A stretch of DNA of 64,000 nt. It comes from the human T2T-CHM13v2.0 reference genome, Homo sapiens. This document shows, piece by piece, positions 42,148 through 59,170 of the stretch (the first letter of the stretch is position 1; every line of letters begins with the position of its first letter). The DNA lies in assembly GCF_009914755.1 (NCBI RefSeq), contig NC_060938.1; one strand, given 5' to 3'. The position numbers were made by a program, and so were the translations under genes. The notes beneath the pieces are model-generated. The model saw only the letters and a list, made by a program, of their open reading frames with translations. It was not told where the DNA came from and did no database searches.

Positions 42148-43966
42148 TAATATAGTTTGAATTGGTGTCCCCACCCAAGTCTCATGTTCAATTGTAATCT
42201 CCAGTATTGAAGGTGGGGACTGGTAGGAGGTATTTGGATCAAATCTCAGCATGGATGCTGCTGATGTGGATCTTCTCTAGGCTCAACATTTATAATTCCT
42301 CAAAAATATTCTCCGTCATGGAATCACTGTAAACTTTCTGTAGTTTCTTAAATGAATGAGTTTTTTTTCTCCTTGCCATAGTTTCTTGTATGTGCTGTTT
42401 TTCATTTCCAGCAATATGTTTCTCTCCATGATTTACTTGGGAACTCATACTCATCCTTTAAGAGTTAACTGATGCTTAGCCTCCTCTGGGAGGAAGAAAG
42501 AAGAGCCAAGTGTTAATATCCAAGACAATAGGACAAATGTCTCCAAGGCATTTGAGAGACCTTTGCAGCAGCCCCCTTCTATCACAGGCTCAGAGGCCTA
42601 GGAGGGAAGAATGAGTCTGTGGGCCAGGCCCAGGTCCCTCAGGATACTGCTCCTTGCATCCTGGCTGTTTCCAGCACCAGCTGTGACTCACAGGAAACCA
42701 GGTAGAGCTCAGGCTGATTCTTCAGAGGGTGTAAGCCATAAGCCTTGGCAGCTTCCATGTAGTGTTAATCCTGCAGGCATGCAGAGTGCAAGAGTTTAGG
42801 CTTGGGAGCCTCCACCTAGATTTCAGAAGATGTATGAAAAAGTCTGGATGTCCAGGCAGAAGCCTTCTTCAGGGGAGGAGCCCTCTTAGCAAACCCCTAC
42901 TGGGGCAGCGAGGAGAGTAAATGTGGGTTTGAAGCTCCCACAGAGTCCCCACTGGGGCACCACCTAGTGGGGCTGAAAGAAGAGTACCTCTATCCTCCAG
43001 ATCCCAAAATTGTAGATCCAATAAGAGTTTGCTGCTTCCACCTGGAAAAGCTGCAGGCACTCAACACCAGCCTGTGAGAGCAGCCATGGGGTCTGAACTC
43101 AGCAAAGAAACAGAAGCGAGATGCCTAAGTCCTTGGGACTCTATTACTCACACCAGTGGACCCTGGATGTAGGACATGGAGTCAAAGGAGACTGTTTTGG
43201 AGCTTTAGGAATTAAATACTTCCCTGCTGCATTTTGGAATTTCATGGGGCCTGTAGCCCCACTTTTTGGCCTATTTCTTTCTTTTGGAATAGGAATATTT
43301 GCCCAATGCTTGTACTCCCATTGTATTTTGGAATGTAAATTGCTGTGTTTGGTGGTAACTAACTTGTTTTTTATTTTACAGGCTCATAGACAGTAGGAAC
43401 TAGCCTTAGCTCAGATTAGACTTTGGAATTTTTTTTTTAAATGCTGGAATTAGTTTAGACTCTGGGGGACTATTGGGAAGGCATGATTGTATTTTGAAAT
43501 GTGAGAAAAACAAGAGATATGGAGGGGCCAGGGGCAGAATGCTATGGTTTAGATTTATGTCCCCACCCAAATCTCATGGTCAATTGTAATCCCAAATGTT
43601 GGACCTGGGGCCTGGTGTGAGGTGATTGGATCATGGGGCCAGTTTTTCATGAATGGTTTAGCACCATGCCCTCAGTGCTGTTCTGTTGATATCAAGTGAG
43701 TGAGTTACCATGAGATCTAGTTGTTTACAAGTGTTAGCACCTCCACCCCACCCTTGATCCTGCTTTGGCCATGTAAGATGTGCCTGCTTCCCCTTCATCT
43801 TCTGCCATGATTGAAGGTTTCCTGAGGCCTTCCTAGAAGTTAAGGAGATGCCAGAATCATGCTTCCTGTACAGCCTGAAGAACGTTGAGCCAATTAAACT
43901 TATTTCCCTTATAAATTACCCAGTCTTAGTTATTTCTTTATAGCAATGCTAGAACTGACTAATACA
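42148..43966 (+). mobile_element. MST (MaLR) provirus: truncated 5' LTR (42148-42240), foreign insert, MST-int (~42495-43539), 3' LTR (43540-43966)
   Basis: 5 bp TSD ctaag (42143-42147 and 43967-43971). Polypurine tract ggaggggccaggggcagaa precedes the 3' LTR. Confidence 0.9.
42237..42491 (-). repeat. Inverted copy of 56718-56980
   Basis: Manual alignment gives about 14 substitutions plus a few small indels over ~250 bp. Confidence 0.92.
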
Positions 43967-44695
43967 CTAAGTTCTTCCCCCAATTAGTTTGGCCTATGCC
44001 AAGGAATGAACAGGGACAGCTTGGAGGTTAGAAGCAAGCTGGATGGAGTTGGTTAGATTAGACTTCTTTCACTGTCATAATTTTCTCACTGTTATAGTTT
44101 TTGCAAAGGCAGTTTCAGGTTGAGAGCAGGGTAGAGGGTAAGAAGAACTTTTCTTCCCATCTGCAAGTATATAGTTTTTAAGCTAAATTATTCTAGTCTT
44201 TGATTTGCCAGCCATCTGGGCTTTGCCCATTTCCGCCTCATCCCTTCAATTTAATGTAATCTCTGTTTAAAGTGTCAGTGTCAGTCAGCAAATGATAAAA
44301 GCACACAACTCTAAAAGTACAGCATCTAAGAAAAATAAAGATTTGGCAACAATCTCTTATCACAGTAGTCTTTCAGGGACCTGGGCTGATATAGTTCCCT
44401 TTTAACACAAGTTTCTAGGACCATTATAGCAAAAGAAGGGGAATATACCAAACTACTGACTCATTTTTATGATATTGTCATTAAATACATGAATCTACTC
44501 ACATTTTATTCACCGAAGAAAGTCATTGTGTCTGACATTTAACTTCACAAAGGATGGAGAAGTGCAATCCTACTGTATGCATCTAAGGTGAACAGCTCTA
44601 ATGACTATTATACCATGTGTAACAATGGGTTTAAATGATAAGGCAATTTTCTTAATTTGATCTCTGCAAGTGTGATGACTTACATTGTTGAGCAA

Positions 44696-44799
44696 GCAAT
44701 TCTTAACAGAAGATGCTTGAAAATCTTGCATGGGAACACAGCATCTTGCAATTCTTAACAGGAGATGCTTGAAAATCTTGCGTGGGGACACAGCATCTT
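44696..44799. repeat. 52 bp tandem duplication (2 copies, 3 mismatches)
   Basis: gcaattcttaacag(a/g)agatgcttgaaaatcttgc(a/g)tggg(a/g)acacagcatctt occurs twice. Confidence 0.93.
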
Positions 44800-47608
44800 A
44801 TTTTCTGTTCAAGATATATTTTCATGATATTCCATATAAACTTTAATTTCGGGTAATAAAGAAATTGACCTTTACAGTGAGGTAAGGATTCAAATAATTG
44901 GATTCTCAGTTAACTGAAGTCTTAGGCCAGATACAGAGACTTTATGAAATCCTATTTCTCTTTGCAGGCCATCTAGCTTGAGCCACAGTTCATATCTTAC
45001 ATGCAGGGCTTTGCTAAAAGTGGCAAGAAGTAGTAAACTCACATATACATGCTGGGTTTTTCCTATAATTTACTCTAATGTCACAGCTGACTAGCTCATG
45101 GTCTCCTTTCAAAGGACAAGTAACAATTTAATCAAATGCTTTGCTATTGTATAACAAAAGTCATCAATTTCTCAGTCTGCAATATCTGAGTCCTTGCCAT
45201 CCACCACTGTGTCCCTCCCAATCAGCCAATCTTGTGTATTTTGGGTTCCATTATAGGAGTACTCTGCTTACTGGAACTACCTTTTACATATTTAAAAATT
45301 AATATTGCTGGCAATTGATGGAAAACACAAAACTACAGTGATACAAACAAAATAGTTATTCCTGTCTCACATAGATGGAAAACAGATGTACATAATTTAG
45401 GACTAGTGAGATATTTCTGTTTCACAAAGTCCTTAGGCACCCCAATTTTTCCAGATTACTACTTTATCTTCCCTTGGTAGTGGTCCTCATATTCAGAGTC
45501 TAAGATCATAGCATCCATAGGAAAAGCAGCAAAATGGAGGAAGGGATGCATAAGACAATGAAAAACAGTGTGTATTGCTTTCTTATAAGAAAGGCTCCCA
45601 GAAGTTGCACATGACATTCCACTTACATACTATCGTACAGAAATTTGCGCAAGAAAGGCAAGGAAAGGTCTTTCTTCTGGTTATAAATATGTCTAGCTAA
45701 TTCTTTTAAGATGTAGGCAGCTGGTAGGCTCTACCACAGATGCTTTCATGCTCCTCTGTGCCGGATGTTTATCACCATTGTATGGGTGAGGAGACCAAGA
45801 TCCATAACATACACAGTTAACTTGCTTAAGGTCACATAGCTATTGCAAAATTAAGAATATGACTCAAGTCCTCCTGAGTCACAAACTACCTAACACTATG
45901 TTGCACTCAAGTGCAGGTCTCAGTGAAGGTTGAGCACTGTTCAAAGAAAAATTCAAGACAAATAGCAATCAGATTTCCAGGGTTAGTTTCAAGGTCTGGG
46001 CTATAACCTCTTATGATTTCCAAATGGCTAGACTTCTTGATGGCCGGCAGTTTCCAGAATGAATTTACGATATGAGATTTGTGTGTCTAGAAAGCTTTTT
46101 GATGGCCATGTTCACACATTTCAAATACAGATATACTAGATTAAAAAAATGAATTAGTCCTTGCCTGGTGGGCTAATTAGACTCATATTGAAAGAGGAGG
46201 TCAAATATCAGGACTGGGGACAGGAAGGCTGAGACAATTAGCTTTTATTCTCTACTTTCTTGTATAACTTGAATTTTTTACAATGTCCATTTAAAACCTA
46301 ATTTTTAAAAGGTTCATTAAATCAAGTTTGACAATTTAGATCATTGAATTAACTTTCTAGAATGTTAATTTCTAGCTAACTCTCCTTTGAATTTCAGGAT
46401 CTCAGAAATATTCAATATTTGAGAATTCCAAGTGTCAAGAGAATTTTGATGAAACAATATCCAACTTAAAAAATCTTATGACCTCTTCTAGATCATAACC
46501 TCACAACTATCCAACAAAGAACACAAACTTTCTATTTGAAGCCTTTAGACTTAATGGCCAGTGTTCCTGTTGTAAGCATTCGTCCTTCTCTGGATTTCCC
46601 AAAAGCCAACTCAAGCTAGACTGACAGATTCAACATTGATTATAATTTTTTTAACTCACAGCTCTGCAGATATAACATTGTTCTCATAAAAATTGCTTGT
46701 AGAGATGGAACAGGCTTACTCAATTGAGTCATCTAGTTCATTTTTCTCTGCATGCTTTTTCAGGGTGGTTTTAGGTTTGAAAGCGTTTAAATATCTACAA
46801 AGACCTTGTGGGGGAATTATTTTAAAGCTATTTGTAACCTTAAGGAAATTTTCATGAGTTGGATAAAGAATATGCTAAGAGTAAGAAATCAAGGAGAGTT
46901 CCTCTGTCTCAGAAACCATTGTGTTTTTCAAAGCGACTGTTTAAATAATGGCATTGCTGTTTTTGGGGGAGGAAAATAAGCTCTGATTTAGGAGGCAGAA
47001 GCTCCCTGTTATTATTAGGGAAGGAACAATGTAATATTGTCTTTGTAGTTATAATCACTGCCACAACAGGAGTTTCCAAGTCTGTTTCACATCTAGGACC
47101 CCCACCAATGGGTTAAGATTGATGATTTGATCTCAAAACTTCCTCTCATTTATCTCTAAGCTGGTTGTTAATGTGATATATTACTGGCTTATGTTGATAT
47201 GGGGAAGAGGGAGCACATACTGACATTTACACATATCACCCCCTGTCCTGTCTGCCAATCTAGGGGGTCTGAGCCTTGAGTGAAGAAAAAAAATCATCAT
47301 CCCAACACAAAGGCTGTGATCAGCATTTTCACTGGCTTATTCTAGGGAGCAAAGGACCCAAAGAAAACTGTGAAGGCATTTCCCCAGCTTAAAGTGTGTT
47401 GCAAAAGCATGGTGCTACATAGTCAAGTTTCTCTAAATGGTATAGAGAGCATTTCCAGGCCCCCTTCTTTTTATTAACCCTTCTTCATAGTTTGAAACAA
47501 CTTGATGAGCTTATATTTCCTCTTTGGAATTCTCTCACCTTGACTTTCCCCAGAAGGAAATACACATATGTATACACACACACAATCTTAAGAAAGATGC
47601 GTAATCTT

Positions 47609-47920
47609 GGCTGGGCACAGTGGCTCACACCTGTAATCCCAGCACTTTGAGAGGCCAAGGCAGGCAGATCTTTTGAGGTCAGGAGCTTGAGACGAGCCCG
47701 GCCAAGATGGTGAAACTCTATCTCTACTAAAAATACAAAAATTAGCCAGGCATGGTGGCACACACCTGTTGTCCTAGCTACCTGGGAGACTTGCTTGGGT
47801 TCAAGCAGGAGAATTGCCTGAACCCCGGAGGCAGAGGTTGCAGTGAGCGAAGATCACACCACTGCACACCAGCCTGGGTGACAGTGTGAGACTTTGTCTC
47901 AAATAAATAAATAAAATAAA
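47609..47920 (+). mobile_element. AluS
   Basis: Full dimer with (AAAT)n tail. Degenerate TSD aagaa(t)gatgc(g/a)taatc. Confidence 0.93.
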
Positions 47921-48659
47921 AAGAATGATGCATAATCATAATCTTTATTGATGATTAAGGCTTCCCACTCTACTTGCAACAACTAGGTTGGAATAAGCTA
48001 CAAGGAAGATTGAAATTCAGGCTCCCAATAATTTCTTAATATTACATTTTCATCCTACCTCTCCCCAAAACACCCACTTTCCCATGTTCATGATGTACTT
48101 ATCTGAAGTTGGTAAGAAAAGAAGAAAAGGTATATCTTCTCTTTTTTCTCTTCTAGAGAAGAATATTATTTCTCCTCCTTTGCAATATTCTTCTTCTATT
48201 TTACCCTGAGCATTCTTTATTTAGCTGACTATAATTTTCTCTTCATGGTTAAATCCATTTTAAATGTTAACATTTAGTCTAGGAACTTTTTTCCCTCCAA
48301 TTATGTCTTGATTTTCTCCAGGTCACTTTCCTGAGAATTGTGGACTAAAAATGGATGGATATTAGAACCATCACCTAAGAGAATGGTCCTTTCAGTAGGA
48401 AGCTCATGAAGCTGGATTCAGACACCAAATTGAATTCATAACTCTGCTACACTCCAGCTGTGTGACTTGGAGCAAGTGGTTTATTATCTGTTAGTGATTT
48501 CCATCATCTTTAAATGATGGTACCTGTACCAAACATTTCATACTATTGTTGAGACAATAAAATAAAGCAGTGCACACCCACAGACTCAATCTCTAAAATA
48601 ACATACACACAAACACACACACACAGGTATGATATCTGTGACAAATACATTAATATATG

Positions 48660-49286
<627 letters not shown>

Positions 49287-49495
49287 TAAAAAACAATTTC
49301 CAATTTCCTTCTAGAGGTTGCCCACCTTTCTCTTTACTATCAGAATTTGAAATCTGAGCATGCACAAGATTCTCTTGCAAGAAGTCATGTCACAAAGAGA
49401 ATAGAAGTATCTTTGCCTCTGCCAGCTCCTTTCCACCACAATTTTAAGCCAAGTCTTCATAATTTATAATTTCATTTTGTGCTTCTGGAATTATA

Positions 49496-49501
49496 TGTGT
49501 G

Positions 49502-49531
<30 letters not shown>
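49496..49531. repeat. (TG)n microsatellite
   Basis: Read directly from the sequence. Confidence 0.95.
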
Positions 49532-49532
<1 letters not shown>

Positions 49533-50953
49533 ATGAAACAACCCATATAATACTGAAGATTTGAATCTGAAAAATGTTATTGAGTTATTTGGATGAAGGC
49601 CCTATAATATTGAGGTACCTGGAATAATAAATGTCTGCTTTGGCAGTTCCTGTATCTCATCAGTTTTATGCAAACACAACATGAAGGAGAAAATATATAT
49701 AGACATCCTAGTGCTTAATAACCATGAAGAAAGATGTCTGTGTCTTGCTAGAAGAAATGGCACTGTTGAATATTCATGAGAGAGATCCATTTTACCCCCC
49801 TGCAGGCAAAAAATATTTATATGAATATGAAGTCTATGCATAATTATATGAAAGCAGACATTCCCCAGAAGTTAATATGTTAACAAGAAAGGTCTCTCCC
49901 TCCTGTAGATTTTATTAAATGAATTTAAATTGTCGAAAGGATGTAAACATGAAAGAAGAGCACAATACTTTAGGGTGGTCCAAAGGAATATAACTGAAAT
50001 AATGAGACTACGCCAAGTAAGGACAAGGAACTTGGGAACATTTTTACTATGTTGTGTTTTACTCCATAGCAATGCATTTAGAAATGCTTTCAACCTAAAA
50101 TGCAGAGTTTAATGAAATCTATTAGACTGAAATTACCTTTCTGAGGACATGATGAAAGTCTTATTCCCTGAAATGCCGACTGCAGCTTGACTTAATGTTT
50201 CAATCCATCTTAAAATTGGATCAAATGTAGAGAGGCCAAAATAACATATATTTGGTTGTCTTTGCTTTGTCAGTGACTGGTATGTGACCTTAGACAGTAA
50301 ATGCAATGGCTGACATTCTTTTATTATTATTTTTTTAAAGTCACTTTATATTCTTTATCATGGTTCTAAATATCAAGTTGACTCTTGCTTTCAGGTAAAC
50401 TGTTCTCTCATTTTAAGACGAAAGAAACATTTTTTCTTTTGCCTGGGACAAAGCCTTTTTGTAACAGGATCTTTCCACACCTCTCCATGTTCTCAAATTG
50501 GTCAGGTTCCAATGCATAAGTATATTTGAATTTAATTCTTCATATCCTTCACCACTCCTCTTTTCTATTTTCAAAACCTGAATCTCTTGATCTTCCCCAA
50601 CCCTTAAAGATTAGATTTTAAGGTTTTAAGGTTTTAAATGCTGAGATCCCTTGGGTTCTAATTCAGTAGTTAGACCAAATATGTGATGATATAAAATATT
50701 ATATGTATATCATATTATGTAAAAGGGCCATATCTTTTGGCCATATCTTTTGTTCAGAGCAAAAACATCCTTGATACTGTGATTTTTAAAAGACAGTCTT
50801 CCCTTTCAAAGGGCACTTTTTGATATAGTCCTCTATAAAATATTGATGATTTCATTATGCCAAGGCACTGTAAAGTATGTGAAATGCTAAGCTGATCAGC
50901 TACTGCCTGTCTTGTAAATTTCTGCTGATTCCTCATTTCCCACAGGATGAAGT

Positions 50954-51827
50954 TGTAGGGAGACCCCTGAAACTATTGCTACAGAATAAAAGATGAAATA
51001 CTCCTGATTATTGTAAATACAAAATTGCATGCAGGATTGTGTAAAGACAATGCCAGGTTGGACTGCCAGAATGAGCCAACAGCACGTGATGTGCTTCCCC
51101 CTGCAGCGAGCCTATGAATGGAGGTGCAGTCAGGGAGGTTTCACATCACCAAGATTCCTATCCCAGAAAAGCAGATATTCATAGCTCTGGGAATGGAATG
51201 CAACCTTTATGGAGAGCCTATAAACGGATGCATGAGGGGCGCCTGTCCATATGAATAAGATAGGACTATAAATGCCCTCATCTTGCCATGGCTCTTCTAG
51301 GCCTCTTTAGGGTTAAGGCATACTCCCTTCTGAGAATTTCTGGTCTAACCAGTTGTCTAGCTTCACATCCTGTTTCTATGGATTGTTTGTAACCAGCTTT
51401 TGCTGCAACTGTTAACTGCTGATTAATATCTGGCTAATCATAGGTTATGGAAAGACTGTGTTTCTGTTTTAAGGCTCTGTTAGAAATTACTGATGCACAC
51501 ACTATACTGTAAATTCTTATCTCTGTATACTGTACTTCTGCATACAGATGTTATGTTAAAGAATTACTTCATCCCCATGTGACCATCTCACCTCATAATC
51601 AAACGACCCTAAATCCTTCACTAACCTACCCCTGCCCTCCCTAAACTTAATAATAAATGCTGGTATATCCAGTGCATTGGCGGCATCACGGAACCAGAAG
51701 GCGGTGACCCCCCTGGACCCAGCCTTCACTATCTTGTGTGTGTCTATTATTTCTTGACCTGCCAATCTGCCTGGGAACAAAGAAAAAGCCCCATTGCATT
51801 GTGGGCTGCTGGCCAGATCCCGCAATA
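50954..51827 (+). mobile_element. ERVK-class solo LTR (probably MER11D)
   Basis: 6 bp TSD tgaagt (50948-50953 and 51828-51833), TATA-like ctataaa, AATAAA near 51652. Begins tgtagggagacccctgaaactattgc. Confidence 0.8.
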
Positions 51828-52339
51828 TGAAGTCAAATCCCACTGAGCAGCCTATAGAACCTTTCAGAATATGGGTTACAAACTACCATTGCTCAGTTTA
51901 CCCTGTCCTTTTTCACATCAACTCAGCTACAAATTATTCCAGTTTTTTATGAAAATTTTGTTCTCTCCATCCATCACCTATGATGTTATGTCTACCTTGT
52001 GTGAGTAGATATAAAGACTTGATATTTAGCTACCTAAAATTTATAAAATCATGTTCAGCAGCAACCCCAAATCTCCTCTATTTCTTATACCAGGGCTACT
52101 CTTTAGGGATTTTTGCCTAGGCTCTTCCTATTCTTTATCTCTTCAGCCACCTTATTTGTTTCTTTCCTTTTTGTTTTTATGCTCTACTTTCATTAAATTT
52201 ACCCATGGTCACTTTGTCTCAGTTTCTTTGTAACTTCTCTCTGCTAGTAATTTTACTTCTATCTTTGCTCTGAAATACTAGCATCAGTAAGAGGGTAATT
52301 TGGCAACATCAGTCCCAATATGTCCTCAAGATAGTTTGA

Positions 52340-55460
<3,121 letters not shown>

Positions 55461-56102
55461 TTAACTATAAAGTCAATTTAGATTCAAATAGACTATACAA
55501 TGTCTCTAAGTATAGATTCTCTGGGATCATTAGTCTGGACAAAAATGGTCAGACTGTGTCAGTTTATGGTTTTTAATCATGAAAATCTGTCAGTAAGTAT
55601 ATCTATAATCAGGGATTCAAGCAAAACTGATGATTTAAACAGGGTGCGAGTCATTACTAATCCCTATATTCCTATTGACGTTTGTTTGACCACCTTATAT
55701 AGAGATAATAAGAGGCAAAGGCTTAAAGTTAATGAAAATTATATCAAATCAAAATAAAATGAAAAGGCAATAGATGCACAGAAAACTCTTTTATTTTGAC
55801 TAAGTTTAATCAGTTGAAATTATTTTTATAGCACTATTGTCTTCACATTTTTGAAATGAATACTTTTTAACAGAAAGTCTGCGTTTTATCCTATGGAACA
55901 CAGGGTCTTTCACTTAGTTACTTTCCAAAGATGTGTGTTCATTTTATTTTGTGGATTGATTAGAGTCAAGAGATAATTCATCATATATCTACCAAAAAAT
56001 GTATGTATGTCACTTCTTATTGTTTGTGTTTACAATATTATCCTATACCACTTCTTGGAGTGAAGAGTTTCACTATTTCCTAATTGTGTTAAAAACAGAA
56101 AT

Positions 56103-56406
56103 GGCTGGGCACGGTGGCTCGCACCTGTAATCCCAGCACTTTGGGAGGCCAAGGCAGGTGGGTCACGAGGTCAGGAGATCGAGACCATCCTGGCTAACAC
56201 GGTGAAACCCCATCTCTACTAAAAATACAAAAAATCAGCTGGGCGTGGTGGTGGGTGCCTGTAGTCTCAGTGACTCAGGAGGCTGAGAGGCAGGAGAATG
56301 GCGTGAACCCAGGAGGCGGAGCTTATACTGAGCCGAGATTGCACCACTGCACTCCAGCCTGGGCGACAGAGCGAGACGCCGTCAGAAAAAAACAAAAAAC
56401 AAAAAA
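56103..56406 (+). mobile_element. AluY
   Basis: ggctaacacggtg and gaatggcgtgaaccc. Confidence 0.93.
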
Positions 56407-56489
56407 CCAGAAACTACATTTAAAATGAGCCAATGTTAAAGTGGTATGTATGGCTTCATTCTGGGATAAAAGGGCGATGTTATTTTACC

Positions 56490-57225
56490 ACGTATTCAAT
56501 AAAAATGCAATGTTTACAATGTGCTATATGTTGGTAACATAGAAATCACATATAGAATTTCTGTCCTTGAGATATTTAGTCTAATGATGGCAGAGATGAG
56601 GAGCAAATCAATCAACAATTATACTATAATTGTATATACTCTGTTAAATAACACGTTAGGAATATGTACAGAAAAGGCAATGGAAATACAGAGAAGAGAA
56701 GTCTAGCTTCAGAGTTTTCCCAGAAGAGGCTAAGCATCAGTTAACTCTTAAAGGATGAGTATGAGCTCCCAAGTAAATCATGGAGAGAAACATATTACTG
56801 GAAATGAAAAACAGCATATACAAGAAACTATGGCAAGGAGTTAAAAAAAAGACCTGGTTCATTTAGAAACTACAGAAAGTTTACAGTGATTCCATGATGG
56901 AGGATATTTTTGAGGAATTATGAATGTTGAGCCTAGAGAGGATCCACATCAGCAGGGTCTGTGCTGAGATAATTTGGATCGCAGCTTTGTAATGATGGAG
57001 AGAACTGGATGATGCTAAGCATGAAAGTAATCATGTTTACTTCTGGAAATAACACTCTGGTAATAGTAAGAAGGACATATTGAAGGGGGGTAAAACTGGG
57101 ATTGGAAGACCAGCTGAGAAATTTCTGCCGTCATTGACGAGATACACAATGAGTGCTTAACCGAAAGCAGTTTCCAAGAGTATTGAGAGGAGAAAAGATG
57201 AGAGAGAGACTGAGTAGGTAGAATC
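56490..57225. mobile_element. L2 fragment (donor of the inverted copy at 42237-42491)
   Basis: cttaaaggatgagt...ggaaatgaaaaacagcatatacaag L2 motifs continue across both ends of the copied segment. Confidence 0.7.
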
Positions 57226-58489
57226 ACTGTGAAGTATTTAGTTTTTTTTTTTTCTTTCTGCCTATTATGGGAGAAAAACTGACTGCAAATTTTAGCTGGG
57301 TTGATCTGCCTTTTGTTTTTCTGAAGAGGGTCTTTAAAATTAGAATTTTACAAATATAAAAGTGAGAATGGCTGGGCCAATATTATGGAGTAAATTTTAT
57401 ATACTTCAACTAAAAAATTACATTATATATATATATATATATATGACTATAATGTGAAAAATTATTTAAATTTTTTCTGATAGTGGTAACAGGTACTTGT
57501 TCTACAGACAGAAATAGGCATTTTTCTTTCATTATACAATTTTTTCTCATGTCCTATACGATTTCAAAAATTTTATATAGTTATTTTCTTTTATCAAGGA
57601 TGGTATGATAGAGAGAACTCTGTCTTTCTCTTCCTGCAACTATTCAAAGATCAGACTTTAATTAATGAATCTTCAACCACACCTTTTTATAAAATAGCTC
57701 TAACAATTATTGCAAAGAATATAAAAGTACCTAAGCATGGCTACACTCTCTTGCACATTAACTCATGCACCAAGAGTTTGTGTGGAAGAAATTTGAGTAG
57801 ACTGGGGATTTTTTTTTTTTTTTTACTAGATCACTTTGAGGCAGGATGGAAAGAAGGAAAACTATGAGACTAAACGTGATTTCTAAAAGTCTTTCTCCAC
57901 TACTTTTCATTTGTTTTTTTTCAACAGGCCTAGCCACTTTGGTTTCTAATTTTTGGTCCATGTTATGCCTATGTATGCCTGATTCATTCCAGAATTTAGA
58001 ATTTGTGGAGCTCAATCTTGTTTATTCATAAATGTATTGTTTCATATTGTACCATATGTCTGGATATATTCATAGAGTTTACTTTTATTATATAGAATAC
58101 AAGATACTTCCTTTCAAAATAATGTCACTAATAGTCTCATTTAAATGAGAGTCCCTTGTGAAAGTCTCATTTCTTGCTAACAGTTAAGAACAAGGTGTTG
58201 TGGAATACACAGGACTCATAGTCTAAGAGACTTTTCCAAATATACCCAAGCTACTTACACGCTGTGTATCAAAGAAGTGTTATTTGCCCCCCTTGAGACT
58301 TGGTTTATGTATCTATTAATGGGGATAACCTCATCTATTTTGCATGATTGTTAGAAAAATGAAATAAAAAGTTTTGCATGAAGTTTATAACATACCCACT
58401 AGCTGGTATAGCTTTTCAATTAGTGTTTTTCTTGTTTATTCTTCTCTGCAAGAAATTCGGTGGTTAATCCTTTCCTTCAGTGTCGGGAT

Positions 58490-59170
58490 AGTACTTCTCA
58501 ACTGGGAAGGCATGTCTCCCTAAGTTAAATCTGGATGTCTGTGGGTCATGGTGATTATTGTAAGGTTTGGAGGCCACTACTGGCTCTGTGGTTGGGGGAT
58601 AGAAATACTTGATATCCTGAAAGTGAATATTCTGCGGGACCTATTTATAATATCTGAAGCTATTACCTAACCCCAGTTTACATACAAACATAAAATATGT
58701 TTTGCGTGGAATTAATATACACTGAATTTTCAATACATGCAATTCCTATGCAATGGAGAAAAGATGTCATGTGTATGGATAGAACCTTCTTAAGATTTCT
58801 CAACAATTTTGGAAAATAGTGTCACTAATGACTGTTCTGAATTTAAGTTACAGAAAGACACAGCTGTGTTGGCCTGCTTTTGTAGTTTTCATATTTATAG
58901 TATTTTTGTTTGTTTGTTTGTTTGTTTGTTTTGGTATATAAGTTTATTTCATCATTTCTTTTAAGGAATTTGTGCTTGTGCCAGGATGACTAATGTATTT
59001 AAAATATATTTTTAGTATAAATTCTTCTTTATATGACTTTTAGTTCACTGAATGGATTAAAAATATTTTTTCAAGTATACTATATATCTATAGGTTGTAC
59101 TTCAGGATTTTGGATGAGTTATTAAGTTATACATTTACTTAATTTGGTCTGATGGCTTGAGAACTCACTA
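58490..59170. mobile_element. hAT-Charlie element (MER20B-like)
   Basis: tagtacttctcaactggg start and cttgagaactcacta end. Confidence 0.5.

Larger units (their letters stand above)
41361..44117 (-). mobile_element. ERV1 solo LTR (LTR8/LTR8A-like) with a tandem duplication and a nested MST element
   Basis: The reverse complement begins tgaaactgcctttgcaaaa. The other end is tgtaatcacccaatg. Confidence 0.85.

Noticed and set aside
50380-50400. Recursive-splice-like ttgctttcag|gtaaac (also tttag|gtaaga near 11432)
   Set aside because: Weak donor or weak pyrimidine tract, and no evidence of a host transcript.
50726-50751. 13 bp tandem duplication ggccatatctttt
   Set aside because: Ordinary small slippage duplication.
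58135-58150. 16 bp perfect palindrome tctcatttaaatgaga
   Set aside because: About one such palindrome is expected by chance in 64 kb of AT-rich DNA.
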